The notes under the pieces: generated by a model
What the model was told of the DNA's origin: nothing
The model's input: only the letters and a program-made list of their open reading frames with translations
Database searches by the model: none
Shown here: piece after piece, positions 7,762 through 9,093 of the stretch
How positions within the stretch are numbered: the stretch's first letter is position 1
How the letters are laid out: each line of letters starts with the position of its first letter
Origin: a virus
Taxonomy: Duplodnaviria; Heunggongvirae; Uroviricota; Caudoviricetes
Direction: 5' to 3' (one strand)
Virus record (IMG/VR): IMGVR_UViG_2529293223_000005
DNA: 9,093 bases
Translations under genes and position numbers: made by a program

Positions 7762-8001
7762 ATGACTCTTGACGAGTACTTGAGACAAAGCTCTATCAGA
7801 CAAGCCGATTTTGCGGCGATTGTTGGAGTTTCTCAGGGATTTGTCAGTGGGGGTATTACAGGGAGATACATGCCTCAGGGGCGGAAAGCCATTGAATGGG
7901 CAAAAGCTACAGACTGGAATGTAACTCCCCATGAACTAAACCCGCATGACTACCTAAACATGGAAGATGGTATTCCGCTTCATGTAAGGCAAACAGCCTG
8001 A
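7762..8001 (+). CDS. Cro-like HTH DNA-binding protein (Cro/C1-type), assigned by position and HTH motif
   Basis: 79-aa ORF divergent from cI, with a strong RBS and a helix-turn-helix signature (SIRQADFAAIVGVSQGFVSG). Confidence 0.6.
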   Translation: MTLDEYLRQSSIRQADFAAIVGVSQGFVSGGITGRYMPQGRKAIEWAKATDWNVTPHELNPHDYLNMEDGIPLHVRQTA

Positions 8002-8023
8002 TAACCCTCCATCGGAGGTGTGA

Positions 8024-8305
8024 GTGAACAGGCAAATCAAAACGGTTATGCCCGATCAGTACTGTGATGCTGATCGGGACTGGATACAGGAGCAATTGTT
8101 ACAGCTAGACCCGACCACCAGGGTAAAAATTGCAGCAGAGTACGCGAGAGTGTACCAGGAAGAGTGGGACAAGGAGCCTGTATCGTTCAGGAAGGGCAAC
8201 AGGGCAAGACGGAGCGCCAACACCCGGTTACGGGTGTATGTCCAGAAGTACGCGAGAGCCAGCCGTGGCTGGATGCTTTCGCCAGTAGCGATACGGAAGG
8301 AATAG
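8024..8305 (+). CDS. Hypothetical basic protein in the cII position (93 aa, GTG start)
   Basis: ORF starts 22 nt after the cro-like stop with GGAGG 5 nt upstream of the GTG. Arg/Lys-rich C-terminus (FRKGNRARRSANTRLRVYVQKYARASRGW). No similarity to lambda CII recognised. The RBS is half of a small inverted repeat (CCTCC-ATC-GGAGG at 8006-8018). Confidence 0.5.
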   Translation: MNRQIKTVMPDQYCDADRDWIQEQLLQLDPTTRVKIAAEYARVYQEEWDKEPVSFRKGNRARRSANTRLRVYVQKYARASRGWMLSPVAIRKE

Positions 8306-8718
8306 ATCTCATCAAGGTTATTATTTTTTTGTGAAATGATTCCGCATGAAATCATTGCGCTTGAAATTTTACTAAGAAGGGGGTAAGGGGGCAGATCTGT
8401 AACATCCGTGCCTGTAAGGGCACTACCAGAGGAAGGCAGCTCCATAGGTTAGGTAGATCACTGTATAGGGTGAGATGGTTTCTGACGAAATTGTTATTAT
8501 GCTAACCATTACGGTGGAAATAGTACCATACTCATCAAACATGTGGTTATCAGCCTGCTCGGAAACAAATTCTACACCGGAAAAGACAAGGTCACGTTTG
8601 ATTATGTGCTGGCTGCCAAATTGCGTGATGCCGGACTGGCGATCGAACGTAATTATCTGGTTGATATGGCAACGGTAAGCGCGGATTCGTCGATATCATG
8701 GTCGTTGCCCCATCTGGT

Positions 8719-9093
<375 letters not shown>

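Noticed and set aside
7729-8445. Minus-strand ORFs 7729-7932, 7907-8095 and 8056-8445
   Set aside because: Antisense to the cro-like and cII-position genes; low-complexity translations; no RBS.
8370-8480. G-rich segment with AGGGGG repeats, examined as a possible tRNA or small RNA
   Set aside because: No cloverleaf-compatible arms, no T-loop (GTTCGA-like) or CCA-proximal acceptor pairing found by eye.

Overview
This window is a decayed lambdoid prophage segment from an Enterobacteriaceae (E. coli/Shigella-type) chromosome, remodelled by IS3-family insertion sequences. All calls rest on reading the sequence and the supplied ORF translations; no database search was run. Left to right: (1) a lambda-type integrase gene on the minus strand, intact at its 3' end but cut at about codon 45 by (2) a complete IS911-like element (940-2188) with GAT on both flanks; (3) a complete IS600-like element (2192-3455) starting 3 bp later, whose right flank is unrelated sequence, implying loss of the xis/recombination region; (4) a leftward operon of small genes (a truncated gene start, a Gam-like ORF, three unknown ORFs, a Rha-family protein); (5) a ~740-bp ORF-poor leader with a terminator, a boxB-like hairpin and a candidate leftward promoter but no N-like ORF; (6) a hicA-hicB toxin-antitoxin pair on the plus strand under a perfect-consensus sigma70 promoter, sitting where lambda carries rexAB; (7) a bidirectional terminator; (8) a lambda CI-like repressor (minus) divergent from a Cro-like gene and a 93-aa gene in the cII position (plus); (9) a second IS911 copy in direct orientation running off the right edge. 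No rRNA, tRNA or CRISPR array was seen. The most interesting candidates are the HicAB module in the immunity region, the N-less nut-like leader, and the uncharacterised small-gene operon.
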